NCBI RefSeq assembly: GCF_001272835.1
Contig: NZ_CP010546.1
Location: forward strand, 302,809 to 334,808
Length of the DNA stretch: 32,000 bases
DNA from: Mycoplasmoides pneumoniae FH
Lineage (GTDB): Bacteria > Bacillota_I > Bacilli_A > Mycoplasmatales > Mycoplasmoidaceae
Direction of reading: 5' to 3'
Under the pieces are notes generated by a model. It was not told the DNA's origin. It worked only from the letters and a program-made list of their open reading frames with translations, and did not search any database. Below, piece by piece: positions 9,954-19,049 of the stretch. Each line of letters opens with the position of its first letter. Position 1 is the stretch's first letter. Both the position numbers and the translations under genes were made by a program.

Positions 9954-11370
9954 TTTAACGAGCAGAAGTGCCACTTCCTTCTCAATAATTTGAGCGTTGG
10001 TAAGTGCCATTTTGATCTTAAGTATCCTCATTTGGCTTATTATCACCATTTTCTTTGCTTGAAATTTACACCTCAAAAACAACAAGAAACGAACAAAGTA
10101 CCACTTAGAGCCGGAACAAATTAAGCACAAGATCATCCAAAATAAGACTAAATTGGGCAAAATGTTGGACTTTTACCAACAGCAGATTAACACTACTGCA
10201 ACTGAGCTGAAGTGGTTGGATGGTCAGTTTCAGCAAATTGATGAAACCGATAAAAAGAAAGCGCATCAAATTACAATTAGACTAGCGCGGAACCAACTGT
10301 TACAACAGCTTAGTGTAAAGTTAGACCAAAAGCAGTTTAGTCAACGCGCTAATAATGAACTGCAAAAGTTAAAGTTGTCTAACTTAGAGAGCTTTACTGA
10401 CCAAAAGATTAAATGAGACCAGGAGGGGATGAAATCCGCTGTATCCCGCGTTACCATTAACGAGTGAACCTTTAACCATTTTGCTGGTAAAAACCGTGTT
10501 TACTGGGATTACTTTAAACAAGTTTGTGATGTGGATTGCTCGATTAAACCACTTAAAGATCAGTTAGAGATTACTTTTTCGAGCTGAAGCTTATTGAAAA
10601 GACTGCAAGCAAAAAACCTGTTTAATAAGTTAATTGCTCAAAGTAGCAGTGTCAAGATGAGCGAAAAACTGATTAACAATGCTTTGCAATTAGTTCAGGA
10701 CAATTTGGCATTACAAGCGAGTGAAAGTGGCAATAAGCTGCTCAAGGAGTTTGAATTATCGTGCACTAACACACAGCTAGTCCAACTGTTGGGCTTTCAG
10801 CAGTTTTACTTCGGTACAAACCTGCTTAGCTTACTTGATTTGAGCCGTTCAATCGCTGTTTTAGTGCGCTTTTTAAATGAGCACTGTAAGTGAGAATTAA
10901 ACGAACGCTTACTAGTGGAAACTGCTTTGTTTAACAACTTGCAATGGGTTAATAACAACGACTTCTTTTTAAAGTCACACAATGATTTAAAACAGCTGCA
11001 CCTCTCCGCTGAACAGTTGGCGATTATTGAACAGCAAAACCGTCCCTTTTACATTGATGCTTATGCTTTATTGATTGCTGGCGTAAAGCAAATGCTGATG
11101 GAGCACGATGCTGTGGAACCAAAACAAATTCACTTTCATAATGCCAAAAAGGTAATGGAAAGCTTCCAGCTGTTTGGCATTGACCAGTTAGCGTTAATAG
11201 AGTACAACAACTGTCTCTATGGCTTTGTCACCACTAAACTCTATGAGATTAAACAATTAGATGATTTAGCTTTATTTAAAGTTTTGTTTAAAAGCTTTTT
11301 GAACAAGCATTTGAAACAAAAATTTGCAACAATCAGTTTATTTGTAAATACCCAAACACTCATGATCTAA
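9943..11370 (+). CDS. Membrane-anchored RNase Y-like protein lacking the HD catalytic residues (pseudo-RNase Y paralog)
   Basis: ATG 9943 overlaps the topA end by 11 nt. Frame 1 is open through TGA codons at 9991, 10060, 10414, 10465, 10585 and 10891, linking ORFs 10153-10416, 10594-10893 and 10915-11370. It has an N-terminal TM helix and a coiled coil. KH-like and HD-like segments align with the rny copy in this window (see findings). Confidence 0.75.
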
Positions 11371-11403
11371 CACTTTAGATCATGGAAACAATTAGCGAAC
11401 TTT

Positions 11404-11409
11404 TAGAAT
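11404..11409 (+). promoter_or_regulatory. Candidate -10 box TAGAAT upstream of trxA
   Basis: TAGAAT lies 27 nt upstream of ATG 11436. The same hexamer recurs upstream of spx and of the 19757 ORF. Confidence 0.3.
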
Positions 11410-11435
11410 ATAAAACAATTGAAAACAAATAGTTT

Positions 11436-11744
11436 ATGGTAACTGAAATTAAAAGTCTCAAACAACTCGGAGAGTTATTTGCTAGCAACAATAAGGTAAT
11501 TATTGATTTTTGAGCAGAATGGTGTGGGCCGTGCAAAATTACTGGACCAGAATTTGCTAAAGCTGCTAGTGAAGTGAGCACTGTAGCGTTTGCCAAGGTA
11601 AATGTCGATGAACAAACTGACATTGCCGCTGCTTACAAAATTACCTCACTACCTACAATTGTTTTATTTGAAAAAGGCCAGGAAAAGCACCGTGCTATTG
11701 GTTTTATGCCTAAAGCCAAGATCGTGCAACTTGTCAGCCAATAA
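11436..11744 (+). CDS. trxA: Thioredoxin
   Basis: 102-aa frame 3 ORF, missed by the track because of an in-frame TGA at 11511. It encodes the canonical DFWAEWCGPC active site, with the first Trp encoded by TGA. Confidence 0.95.
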
Positions 11745-11755
11745 AACTTCGTTTC

Positions 11756-12601
11756 ATGATTGACTTGCTCGGGTTAGATCTTGATGGCACTTTGTTGTCT
11801 AGAACAAGGCAAATTAACGATCCTACTAAACAAGCTTTGGCTAATTTAATCCAAAAGAAGCCTAGCTTAAAGGTAATGATTCTAACCGGTAGATCATTAT
11901 TCTCCACCTTGAAGTACGTTCAAGAGCTCAACGAGCTGTGCAAAAAACCGCTAGTGGAGTACTTTTGCTGTTATGGTGGGGCTAAGTTGTACCAACTCAA
12001 TAACAACCAACCCCAAGAACAGTACAAGTTTTTAATTGACAGCCGGCAAGTTAAAACAGTGTTTGAAATTGTGGAACAACACAAGGGTTTGTTTTTGGCA
12101 TACCTCGATAAACCAAAGGCACCCTACATTATTTTGGGGGCAAACCAGTTTTATGCTTGACTGATTAAACAGTTTTGGTACAAACAGCGTTGTGAGTACT
12201 TTAAAAATGATCATTTAACCGATGGCATCTTAAAGATTAATGTGTACTTCGCGTGTCCTTTAAGGTTGAAGAAGGTGTACCAGATCATTAAGCGTCAGTT
12301 TCAAGACACGCTTAACGTTGTGAGTTTTTCCAAGCACTTAATTGAAATTACCCACAAGGATGGAAATAAGGGCTATGCAATTGAAGCAATTGCCAAAAAA
12401 CAAGGACTTTCGTTAAAACGGATGGCGGTGATTGGTGATTCCTTAAATGACCGTTCGATGTTTGAAAAGGTACAGTATTCGTTTGCAATGTCGAAATCAC
12501 CCGATGAACTCAAACTGTTAGCCACTGAAATTGGCACTAAAACAAACCGCTTTCGTTTCAGTAGTTTAGTTGATTTAATTACCGAAAAAATTATTAACTA
12601 A
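11756..12601 (+). CDS. Cof-type HAD-IIB family hydrolase (sugar-phosphate phosphatase-like)
   Basis: ORFs 11756-12160 and 12242-12601 are in the same frame, joined via TGA at 12158. HAD motif I is GLDLDGTLL and motif IV is IGDSLND. Confidence 0.88.
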
Positions 12602-12608
12602 AACTTTT

Positions 12609-13649
12609 TTACTTGATGTTTTGGCTTCCTAGTCCAAAGCCATCATAGAAAAGTGCTAGTGTTGTTCTGGCCGTTGCTTGGGCTTGATTTTTACCCGCCT
12701 GGAGGCAGTTAAAGACCTGTTCACGACTAATCTGTTCCCGTTTTCTCTGAATGTTAACTAGCAGATTAACGGTTGCTTCTGTAAGTGCGTTTTTGAGATC
12801 TAAATAAGATTTAGTACTAAAGTAAGCTTCTAGATCATTCCCTAACTGATTGGTTAAGGATTGATTGACAGGCTCTTTTAAAAGTGCCTTGAGAATTGTG
12901 AGCATATTGGTCACCCCTGGCTGCGTTTTGGAAGCAAAACGGATTTTGTTAAAGCTGTCAGTGGTAGCTTGACGAATTTTTTTAACCACTACTTCTTTTG
13001 GGTCATCCAAGTAAATTACTCCGTTTTGGTTCTTTGAGGACTTACTCATCTTTTTGGTTGGGTCAAATAAGTCCATAATACGGTTGGTATCTTTGTTTTG
13101 GACAAACTGGGGTAGACGCAGCTTGAGCTTAAACTTCTTTTGAATTCGCTGCGCTAAATCACGAGTAAGCTCTAGGTGTTGTTTTTGGTCATTACCAACG
13201 GGCACAATGTCAGGTTGGTACAGCAAGATATCTCCCGCCATTAGGGCTGGATAAGTTAACAGTCCGGTGGGAATGTTTAAGGTGCCGTTTGGGTTACGGG
13301 TTTGTTCCGCTTTTTTGGCCTTGAACTGCGTCATCCGTTGCAGTTCACCGAGATTGCTTTGCACCATCATTAAATAACCCATCATACTGTGCTCCAAAAG
13401 ATCGCTTTGTAAAAAGAGACAAGCTTTTTGTGGATCTAGACCAACCGCTAATAAAGTACGTACCAAATCAAAGTTATTTTGTTTCAGTGCTTGGGGTTGA
13501 AAATCAACGGTAATTGAGTGTAAATCAGCGACAAATACAAACAGTTGGCATTGCTCTTGGAGTTCAATTAACGACTGCATTACCCCCAAATAGTTGCCTA
13601 AATGCTGTTTGCCCGATGCTTGAATCCCGGTAAGAGCGCGTTTCATCAT
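12609..13649 (-). CDS. trpS: Tryptophan--tRNA ligase
   Basis: 346-aa ORF. Class I signatures GKQHLGNYLG (HIGH-like) and KMSKS, plus the typical GNDQKQHLELTRD segment. Confidence 0.96.
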   Translation of the reverse strand: MMKRALTGIQASGKQHLGNYLGVMQSLIELQEQCQLFVFVADLHSITVDFQPQALKQNNFDLVRTLLAVGLDPQKACLFLQSDLLEHSMMGYLMMVQSNLGELQRMTQFKAKKAEQTRNPNGTLNIPTGLLTYPALMAGDILLYQPDIVPVGNDQKQHLELTRDLAQRIQKKFKLKLRLPQFVQNKDTNRIMDLFDPTKKMSKSSKNQNGVIYLDDPKEVVVKKIRQATTDSFNKIRFASKTQPGVTNMLTILKALLKEPVNQSLTNQLGNDLEAYFSTKSYLDLKNALTEATVNLLVNIQRKREQISREQVFNCLQAGKNQAQATARTTLALFYDGFGLGSQNIK

Positions 13650-13661
13650 ATGATTGCAATT

Positions 13662-13669
13662 TGTAGAAT
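13662..13669 (+). promoter_or_regulatory. Candidate extended -10 (TGTAGAAT) for the spx-nadK-EIIB-rny gene string
   Basis: TGnTAGAAT-like element in the 56-nt divergent gap between trpS and spx, 37 nt upstream of ATG 13706. Confidence 0.3.
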
Positions 13670-13705
13670 CTATTACAGATAGACAAACGTTATTTTAAAA
13701 GAAAA

Positions 13706-14143
13706 ATGCTTAAGAAAAAAGTTAATAATGATGCTGGTAAGACGTTTATCTTAATTTCATCATCTTGCTCGTCTTGCCAAAAGGCAATCGAATACTTTAA
13801 GGAAAATAATTTGAGTTATACGATCGAAAACTTTTACAAAAAACCGATAAGTGACAAGCGCTTTCGTGACATTTTAAGTTTGAGTGAAGATGGCACCGAA
13901 AGTCTGTTTTCCAAGCGTGCTGACCAAATTCGTAGTAACACTAATCAATCAGTGGAAGATTTGACCATTCCTGAATTGATTAAGTTAATTCGCGAACGTC
14001 CTTCAATTTTGCGTCGACCAATTATTATCCAGTACAACTCTTCGGGGATTCCCAAGCGGATGCGCATTGGTTATAACGCCGCTGAAATTAAGGTATTTGA
14101 ACGCAGCTTAATGGAACCTAAAGTGCGTACAGTAAAGAAGTAA
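13706..14143 (+). CDS. spx: Spx/ArsC-family transcriptional regulator
   Basis: 145-aa ORF. N-terminal CxxC (CSSCQKA), RFRDILS and ILRRPII motifs typical of the Spx/MgsR subfamily. Confidence 0.85.
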
Positions 14144-14922
14144 TGAAGTACAAGATTTTTGCATCAACAACACCACAAACCGAGCCAGTTTTGCAAAAGT
14201 TAAAGCAGGTGTTGAAAGGTTGTGAGGCAGTTGAAAAGGGCTTTGATTATCTCTTTGTATTAGGTGGTGATGGTTTCTTTGTTTCTACTGTGGCCAACTA
14301 TAACTGCCACAATTGTAGGGTAGTAGGGATTAACACTGGTCATCTAGGTTTTTACACATCGTTTAATGAAAAGGATTTGGATGATAATTTCCTCCAAAAG
14401 CTCCAGCAATGTCACTTTCAACGGATTAGTTTGTTGGAAGTTAGTGTCAATGGCCAGCAGCACTTGGTTTTGAATGAACTGGCAGTTTACACCAACACAG
14501 CTTACCCAATTAACATCTTTATTGATGGTGAAGCGTGGGAGTTTTACCGCGGTTCAGGTTTATTAATCGGTCCGCGTACTGGTTCGACTGCACTGGCTAA
14601 ATCTGCTAAAGGGGCGGTGATTTTCCCTGGCATTGATGTGCTGCAAATTATTGAAATGAATCCACTTTTGCACCCCAATCAAGTTACTATCCAATCACCA
14701 ATTATTTTGCCCAAAGAAACGCAAGTGGAATTTGTGGTCAAAAAAGCCTTTAACCCACAACAGTTTCCCACCTTTTACTGTGACGGGAGAAAGTTGGAAT
14801 TGCCAAACGCTGACACAACTTTAGCGCTTAAACTAGTGCAATCCACACCGATGTTTAACATTTCACTCAAAACACAGGACTTTATCAATAAACTTAAGTC
14901 CACTTTTATTAAACAAAGCTAA
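14143..14922 (+). CDS. nadK: NAD(+) kinase
   Basis: 259-aa ORF. GGDG motif (VLGGDGFF), NELAV and GSTALAKSA(K)G motifs. The start overlaps the spx stop (TAATG). Confidence 0.92.
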   Translation: MKYKIFASTTPQTEPVLQKLKQVLKGCEAVEKGFDYLFVLGGDGFFVSTVANYNCHNCRVVGINTGHLGFYTSFNEKDLDDNFLQKLQQCHFQRISLLEVSVNGQQHLVLNELAVYTNTAYPINIFIDGEAWEFYRGSGLLIGPRTGSTALAKSAKGAVIFPGIDVLQIIEMNPLLHPNQVTIQSPIILPKETQVEFVVKKAFNPQQFPTFYCDGRKLELPNADTTLALKLVQSTPMFNISLKTQDFINKLKSTFIKQS

Positions 14923-15275
14923 TGAAAGTATTGTTGTGAATTGGTTATGTGTTGAGCTTTGGCTTACTTTACCTTTATTTGGTAAAACGTGCTAAGAGGG
15001 CCGCGCTACAATTAAACAACAAACTAGTCGAATCACACACAATTCCTTTTGCTGTACGTGACTTTATTGCCGCTTGCGGGGGTAGAACTAACTTTGTTAG
15101 TTTACGCACCTCACCCACCCAATTAATTGTTAGTTTTGCCAAGCCAGAGTTAGTTCAAATTGCCGCTTTGCAAAAGCTTGGAATTAAAGGGATTAATAAG
15201 AGTCAGAACCAGTACCGCTTTGTATTGGGCAATTTTGTCAATCAATTAAAACAGCAAATTGAAAATGAGCGCTAA
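14922..15275 (+). CDS. Membrane-anchored PTS EIIB(Glc)-like domain protein without the phospho-accepting Cys
   Basis: ATG 14922 overlaps the nadK stop, and the TGA at 14937 is read as Trp. This extends track ORF 14949-15275 by an N-terminal TM helix (MKVLLWIGYVLSFGLLYLYLV). FIAACGGRTNFVSLRTSPTQLIVSF aligns with the EIIB pattern xxAxGGxxNIxxxxxCxTRLRxxV, with Cys replaced by Ser. Confidence 0.75.
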
Positions 15276-16746
15276 GTTAACGTTAGAAAGCATTGCAAAA
15301 ACATTTGCCGAAACATCGATCTTTGCGATCTTGTTTTTAATTATTGTCATCCTCAATTTAGGTTTACTTGTTTTTTTAGCGTATCAGTACCGTGTTTACA
15401 AAAAGAAGCAAAGAGCAAACCTCACCAAGCAGACTTATAACAATGACTATGGCCAAATTGTTAATTTAAAACAGCAAAACGCTGCCAAGATAAAGGAGCT
15501 TGCTAACTTAAAAGATCAGTTAAGTGAATTAGGCCAAAAATTTAACACCACACTGAGTGAAATCATTAACAAACCACTTGTCAATGTGATTGATGAATAC
15601 TTGGATGAACAGTTTAAACAAGCTGCTAATTTTCGTGAAGCAGAACTTAATGCCGTTTTAGATAGTAATGACCAGAAAACAGTGTTCCATAAGCGTTTGT
15701 TCAATAAATTTCACTTTGGTGTCGACAAGCTAGCTAATATTAATGTCAAAAATCCGCTCAATTTATGCTGGGTTGACAGCGCTAGTTTTACCGTGATTGA
15801 AAGTGATTTCCGCAAACTTAATGGTGTTGGCGGGATTAATAAAAAGTTGTTAATTGAAAAGTTAAGGATTGAAGATATTATCTTTACCAATATCGATAAG
15901 AAGTACTATGAGGTACAGATACTATCTGACTCGCCAGTAAAGGTACAAAAAACAGTGTTAACTATTCGCAACATCTTGATTAATGATTACGTGGACAATG
16001 AAAAAATTGAGTCATATGCTAGGGAAGCTAACGGTTACTTCAATGACCACTGTAAACTGATTGGTAAGCAGGTGTTAGAACGACTCAATATCTTTGAAAT
16101 TAGCCCTAAACTACACAAGTTTTTTGGTTTATTAGCGTTTCGTTATTCTTTCGGTCAAAACGTTTTATCACACTGTCTGGAAACTGGTTTTCTCACCGCT
16201 TACCTAGCGCTTTTAGTTAACTTTAAACCTGATGTTGCATTAAAGTGCGGTTTGTATCATGATATTGGTAAAGCGGATGATGAAAACGGGAAGAAGAACC
16301 ACACGGTTACAGGTGCCAAGATCGGTGATGAATTTTACTTTGAAAACGATGTCAAATACACAATTGCCAACCACCATAATAAAAATGTCGATAACGTATA
16401 CTGTCGTTTAACTCAAATTGGCGATAAGCTTTCAGCAGGGCGTTTGGGTGCGCGCTCTGACAGTTCGGTTTTATTTAACCAACTCAAACAAGAATTAAAG
16501 CAAATTGTGGAAGAAACACTAGCACAATTTAAAACAACCATCCTTTTAGGACAAAGTGGACGCCGATTAGTAATTTGATTGGAAACCAACCAGCACAATA
16601 ACATTATTGACAACCAACAGTTAACTGATTTGGCTACTACCATTAAAAGCAAAATCGTGCAAAACAACATTACTAATCGCTTTCCAATTAAGGTAGTATT
16701 ACGCTATAACTTCGAACACAGCTTTGATACAAAGGACAAGAACTAG
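15265..16746 (+). CDS. rny: Ribonuclease Y
   Basis: ATG 15265, with an alternative TTG at 15259. The TGA at 16576 is read through to TAG 16744-16746. It has an N-terminal TM helix, a coiled coil, a KH region, FRYSFGQNVLSHCLE, the HD domain LYHDIGKA, IANHH and LSAGRLGARS. Confidence 0.93.
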
Positions 16747-16748
16747 TT

Positions 16749-17036
16749 ATGCAATACACCGTTTTAATTCCACTGTTTATTTTTATAGGAGCCATGGTGT
16801 TGTTTGGTTTTAGCTTTCAGAAAAAGCAACCACAACGCCGCATCGTTCAAATTCTGTTCTTAGCTTACTGTGTGGATTTTTTAGCACTAATTATTGCAGT
16901 GATGATGCTCACATTCTTAAGTTATGATGACTTAATGCTGGGCGTTTTAATTCCAGTATTAATCCTTTCAATCATTATGTTCTTTGTGATGATTATTGCC
17001 CACTATCCACTAATGAAACGCTTGTTTGGACATTAG
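16749..17036 (+). CDS. Small hydrophobic membrane protein (3 predicted TM helices)
   Basis: 95-aa ORF starting 2 nt after the rny stop. Strongly hydrophobic. No recognisable motif. Confidence 0.6.
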   Translation: MQYTVLIPLFIFIGAMVLFGFSFQKKQPQRRIVQILFLAYCVDFLALIIAVMMLTFLSYDDLMLGVLIPVLILSIIMFFVMIIAHYPLMKRLFGH

Positions 17037-17119
17037 ACAAAACGTGTCTCATTCAAGTTGTGCACAAACTTAGGTGTTTTAAGTAGATAGTCGAAGCGTT
17101 AAAAAAGTATTTTGGGTCT

Positions 17120-17148
17120 TCTACTTTTTCCCTAAGTAGATGTTTTTT
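17120..17148 (+). terminator. Candidate intrinsic terminator after the rny/small-membrane-protein string
   Basis: 7-bp stem tctactt(17120-17126)/aagtaga(17134-17140), 7-nt loop, followed by tgtttttt. The stem is AT-rich and therefore weak. Confidence 0.3.
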
Positions 17149-17297
17149 ATTGATGTAAATAAAAGGCCAAATTTAACTCTTATGAGTTAAAAAGTTCATT
17201 TTTTAAATAACATTAAACCGGAAATTTCAATTAGTTTCCTCTTCTTCAAAAGGATTTTCCAAAAAAAGCAAAATAATGCAATTATTTTTTACTGTTA

Positions 17298-18052
17298 ATG
17301 CGTAAAAAGAAGTTTTTGTCAAGGTTTTCTTTTAGTTCTCTATTTTTATTATGTGGAACATTGTTAAGTGCTTGCACTGGTATCCAAGCTGATCTTAGAA
17401 ATCTTATTAAAGAAACCACTGGTAAAGACATTGATTTGTCTAAAGCAATTAAAACTAAAGAAGGCAAAAAGAACATAATAGCTTCTTTAAAAAATCTTAC
17501 GAAGTTAATCCGAAAGATACAACAAAATTGTTGTTAGACGCCTGAAAACAGAGTTTTGAAGAGGGTAAATTAGGTATTGCGGATTTTGATTTTGACCATG
17601 TAGCTTATCCTCAAACAAATGATCCTTTCACGATGGAGCGAAAGGTTGATCATTTTCAAATGACATACCAAAGTTTTAAGGATTTGTTAGTTGAGGCTAG
17701 GCTGAGCTATACCTTTAATTGATTTGGGGATTATTCTTCAGGTGATTTCACTGCTAAGAGAGGTGACAAGCATTATTTTTATCTTTTCCTTAAAATTAAA
17801 TCTGATCCAAAAAAACAATTTTCAGCAAAAAAATTTCTTACTGAAGGAGAAGCGTTTACTGATCAAGAAGGAAAACAAACTACAAGAAATTTAGAGTGAA
17901 TTGAGTTTAGCGCTTCGATTAGCTGATGAACAAAAGGCAAAGATGATGTTAGTCAAAAAAGTTTGAAGAAATTTTTAGAAAGCTTTGCTACTAACACAGG
18001 CTACTCATCAGATATTAATCTCTTTAGTTATTTGGAATATTTAATTAAGTAA
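17298..18052 (+). pseudogene. Lipoprotein gene interrupted by a -1 frameshift in an A6 tract (possible phase-variable or decayed gene)
   Basis: The signal peptide plus lipobox MRKKKFLSRFSFSSLFLLCGTLLSA|C is in frame 3, which stops at 17535-17537 after 79 aa. Frame 2 is open from 17459 to TAA 18050-18052, including 4 TGA=Trp codons, and continues the protein ([25 protein letters not shown]...). The frames meet at AAAAAA 17489-17494. Confidence 0.75.
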
Positions 18053-18117
18053 TTTGTTGTGATTTTTTAGTTTTACTTGGAAAAAATTTAGCCACCTGCT
18101 TTTCAACTTGAACAAAT

Positions 18118-18150
18118 GGTTTTTTATTTGTACCGCATGAATAAAAAACC
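18118..18150. terminator. Perfect 11-bp hairpin between the convergent lipoprotein and DUF16 genes (possible bidirectional terminator)
   Basis: ggttttttatt (18118-18128) and aataaaaaacc (18140-18150) are exact reverse complements with an 11-nt loop. A second hairpin ccagcaa/ttgctgg (18149-18180) is followed by a T-rich run. Confidence 0.35.
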
Positions 18151-18202
18151 AGCAACTAACTTTTACAGATTAATTGCTGGTATTCTTTATTTTGAATAAT
18201 AT

Positions 18203-18836
18203 CTACTTAGAATCTAGTTTATCTAGGCGAACATCCATTGAATCCAAGCGATTGCTCATCTTTTGCAACATTTGCAAGATTAACTGTAGAGTTTCTCCTT
18301 GAACTTTTTGCTCCGCTTGAAGTTCTTTAATTTGTTCCCCTTGAGTTTGAACAGTTTCGGTTAATTGTTTAATTTGCTCACCCTGAACCTTGATCTGTTC
18401 ACCCTACGTTTTTTGCAGTTCAAACACAACATCAACTTTACCTTCAACGCGCTTCAATCGGCTTTAGTGGCGAAGTCTTTGAGCTTTTCGTCAAGCTATT
18501 GGTGAATTACAAATTCATATGTTTTTGACACCTTTTTACTTCCTGAATTAGGATCATTAGGACCTTTTGGAAATCCTGGTTATTTAGGGTTCTCAGGTTA
18601 TTCTGGTTTTTCTAGAAATTTTGGCAACTTCGGAGACTTTGGAATATCCGGTGTATTCGGATTCTCAGGTTTATCCAGTTGATCTTCTATTATCGTAAAG
18701 TCTTTATCCTTAAAATAGTACTCTTAGGTAGCTTGTGCAAACCATTTCTTTGCTTGGTATAGACAATTTGAAAATTAACTCTTTCCTTTGTCCGGGAAAG
18801 GATATTAAATTCCTTTTAGGAAATAACTTTAGGCAT
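18203..18836 (-). pseudogene. DUF16 (UPF0134) family coiled-coil protein pseudogene
   Basis: On the minus strand, GGAGG lies 9 nt before ATG 18836. The C-terminal part reads [66 protein letters not shown] with stop at 18203-18205, which is the family-typical heptad region. Upstream there are at least 5 in-frame TAA/TAG codons (for example 18816-18818 and 18404-18406) and at least 2 frameshifts. Confidence 0.8.
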
Positions 18837-19049
18837 TAATAAATTCCTCCTTTCTGTTCAAGGTTTAGAAAACTAAAACGTGCAACTTTGTTGCCAGCAA
18901 GGATCAACATCATCGTTGATCTAATAAATATATTGAGTAAAGGCATAATTTCCCTTCACTAAATAAATTGAACGCCTTATTTTGAAATGACAACAAATTG
19001 ACAAATTTCTTTTTAATTAAAGAAAATTTTGGAAATTAAGAGCTAATGC

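Noticed and set aside
9855-10160. 101-aa minus-strand ORF spanning the topA end and the start of the RNase-Y-like gene
   Set aside because: The plus strand is fully explained by two overlapping code-4 CDSs. The minus-strand product has no recognisable features.
11375-11623. 82-aa minus-strand ORF covering the thioredoxin locus
   Set aside because: The plus strand encodes a textbook thioredoxin (WCGPC) once TGA 11511 is read as Trp, so the minus ORF is its antisense shadow.
13650-13705. T-box or other leader riboswitch upstream of trpS (and of lysS at 22372-22415)
   Set aside because: The intergenic regions are only 56 nt and 44 nt, far too short for a T-box leader of about 200 nt. No specifier or terminator-antiterminator structure is visible.
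17080-17141. 9-bp direct repeat taagtagat (17080-17088 and 17133-17141) as a possible insertion-site duplication flanking a mobile element
   Set aside because: Only 44 nt separate the copies and nothing is encoded between them. The second copy is better explained as the descending arm of the terminator-like hairpin at 17120-17140.
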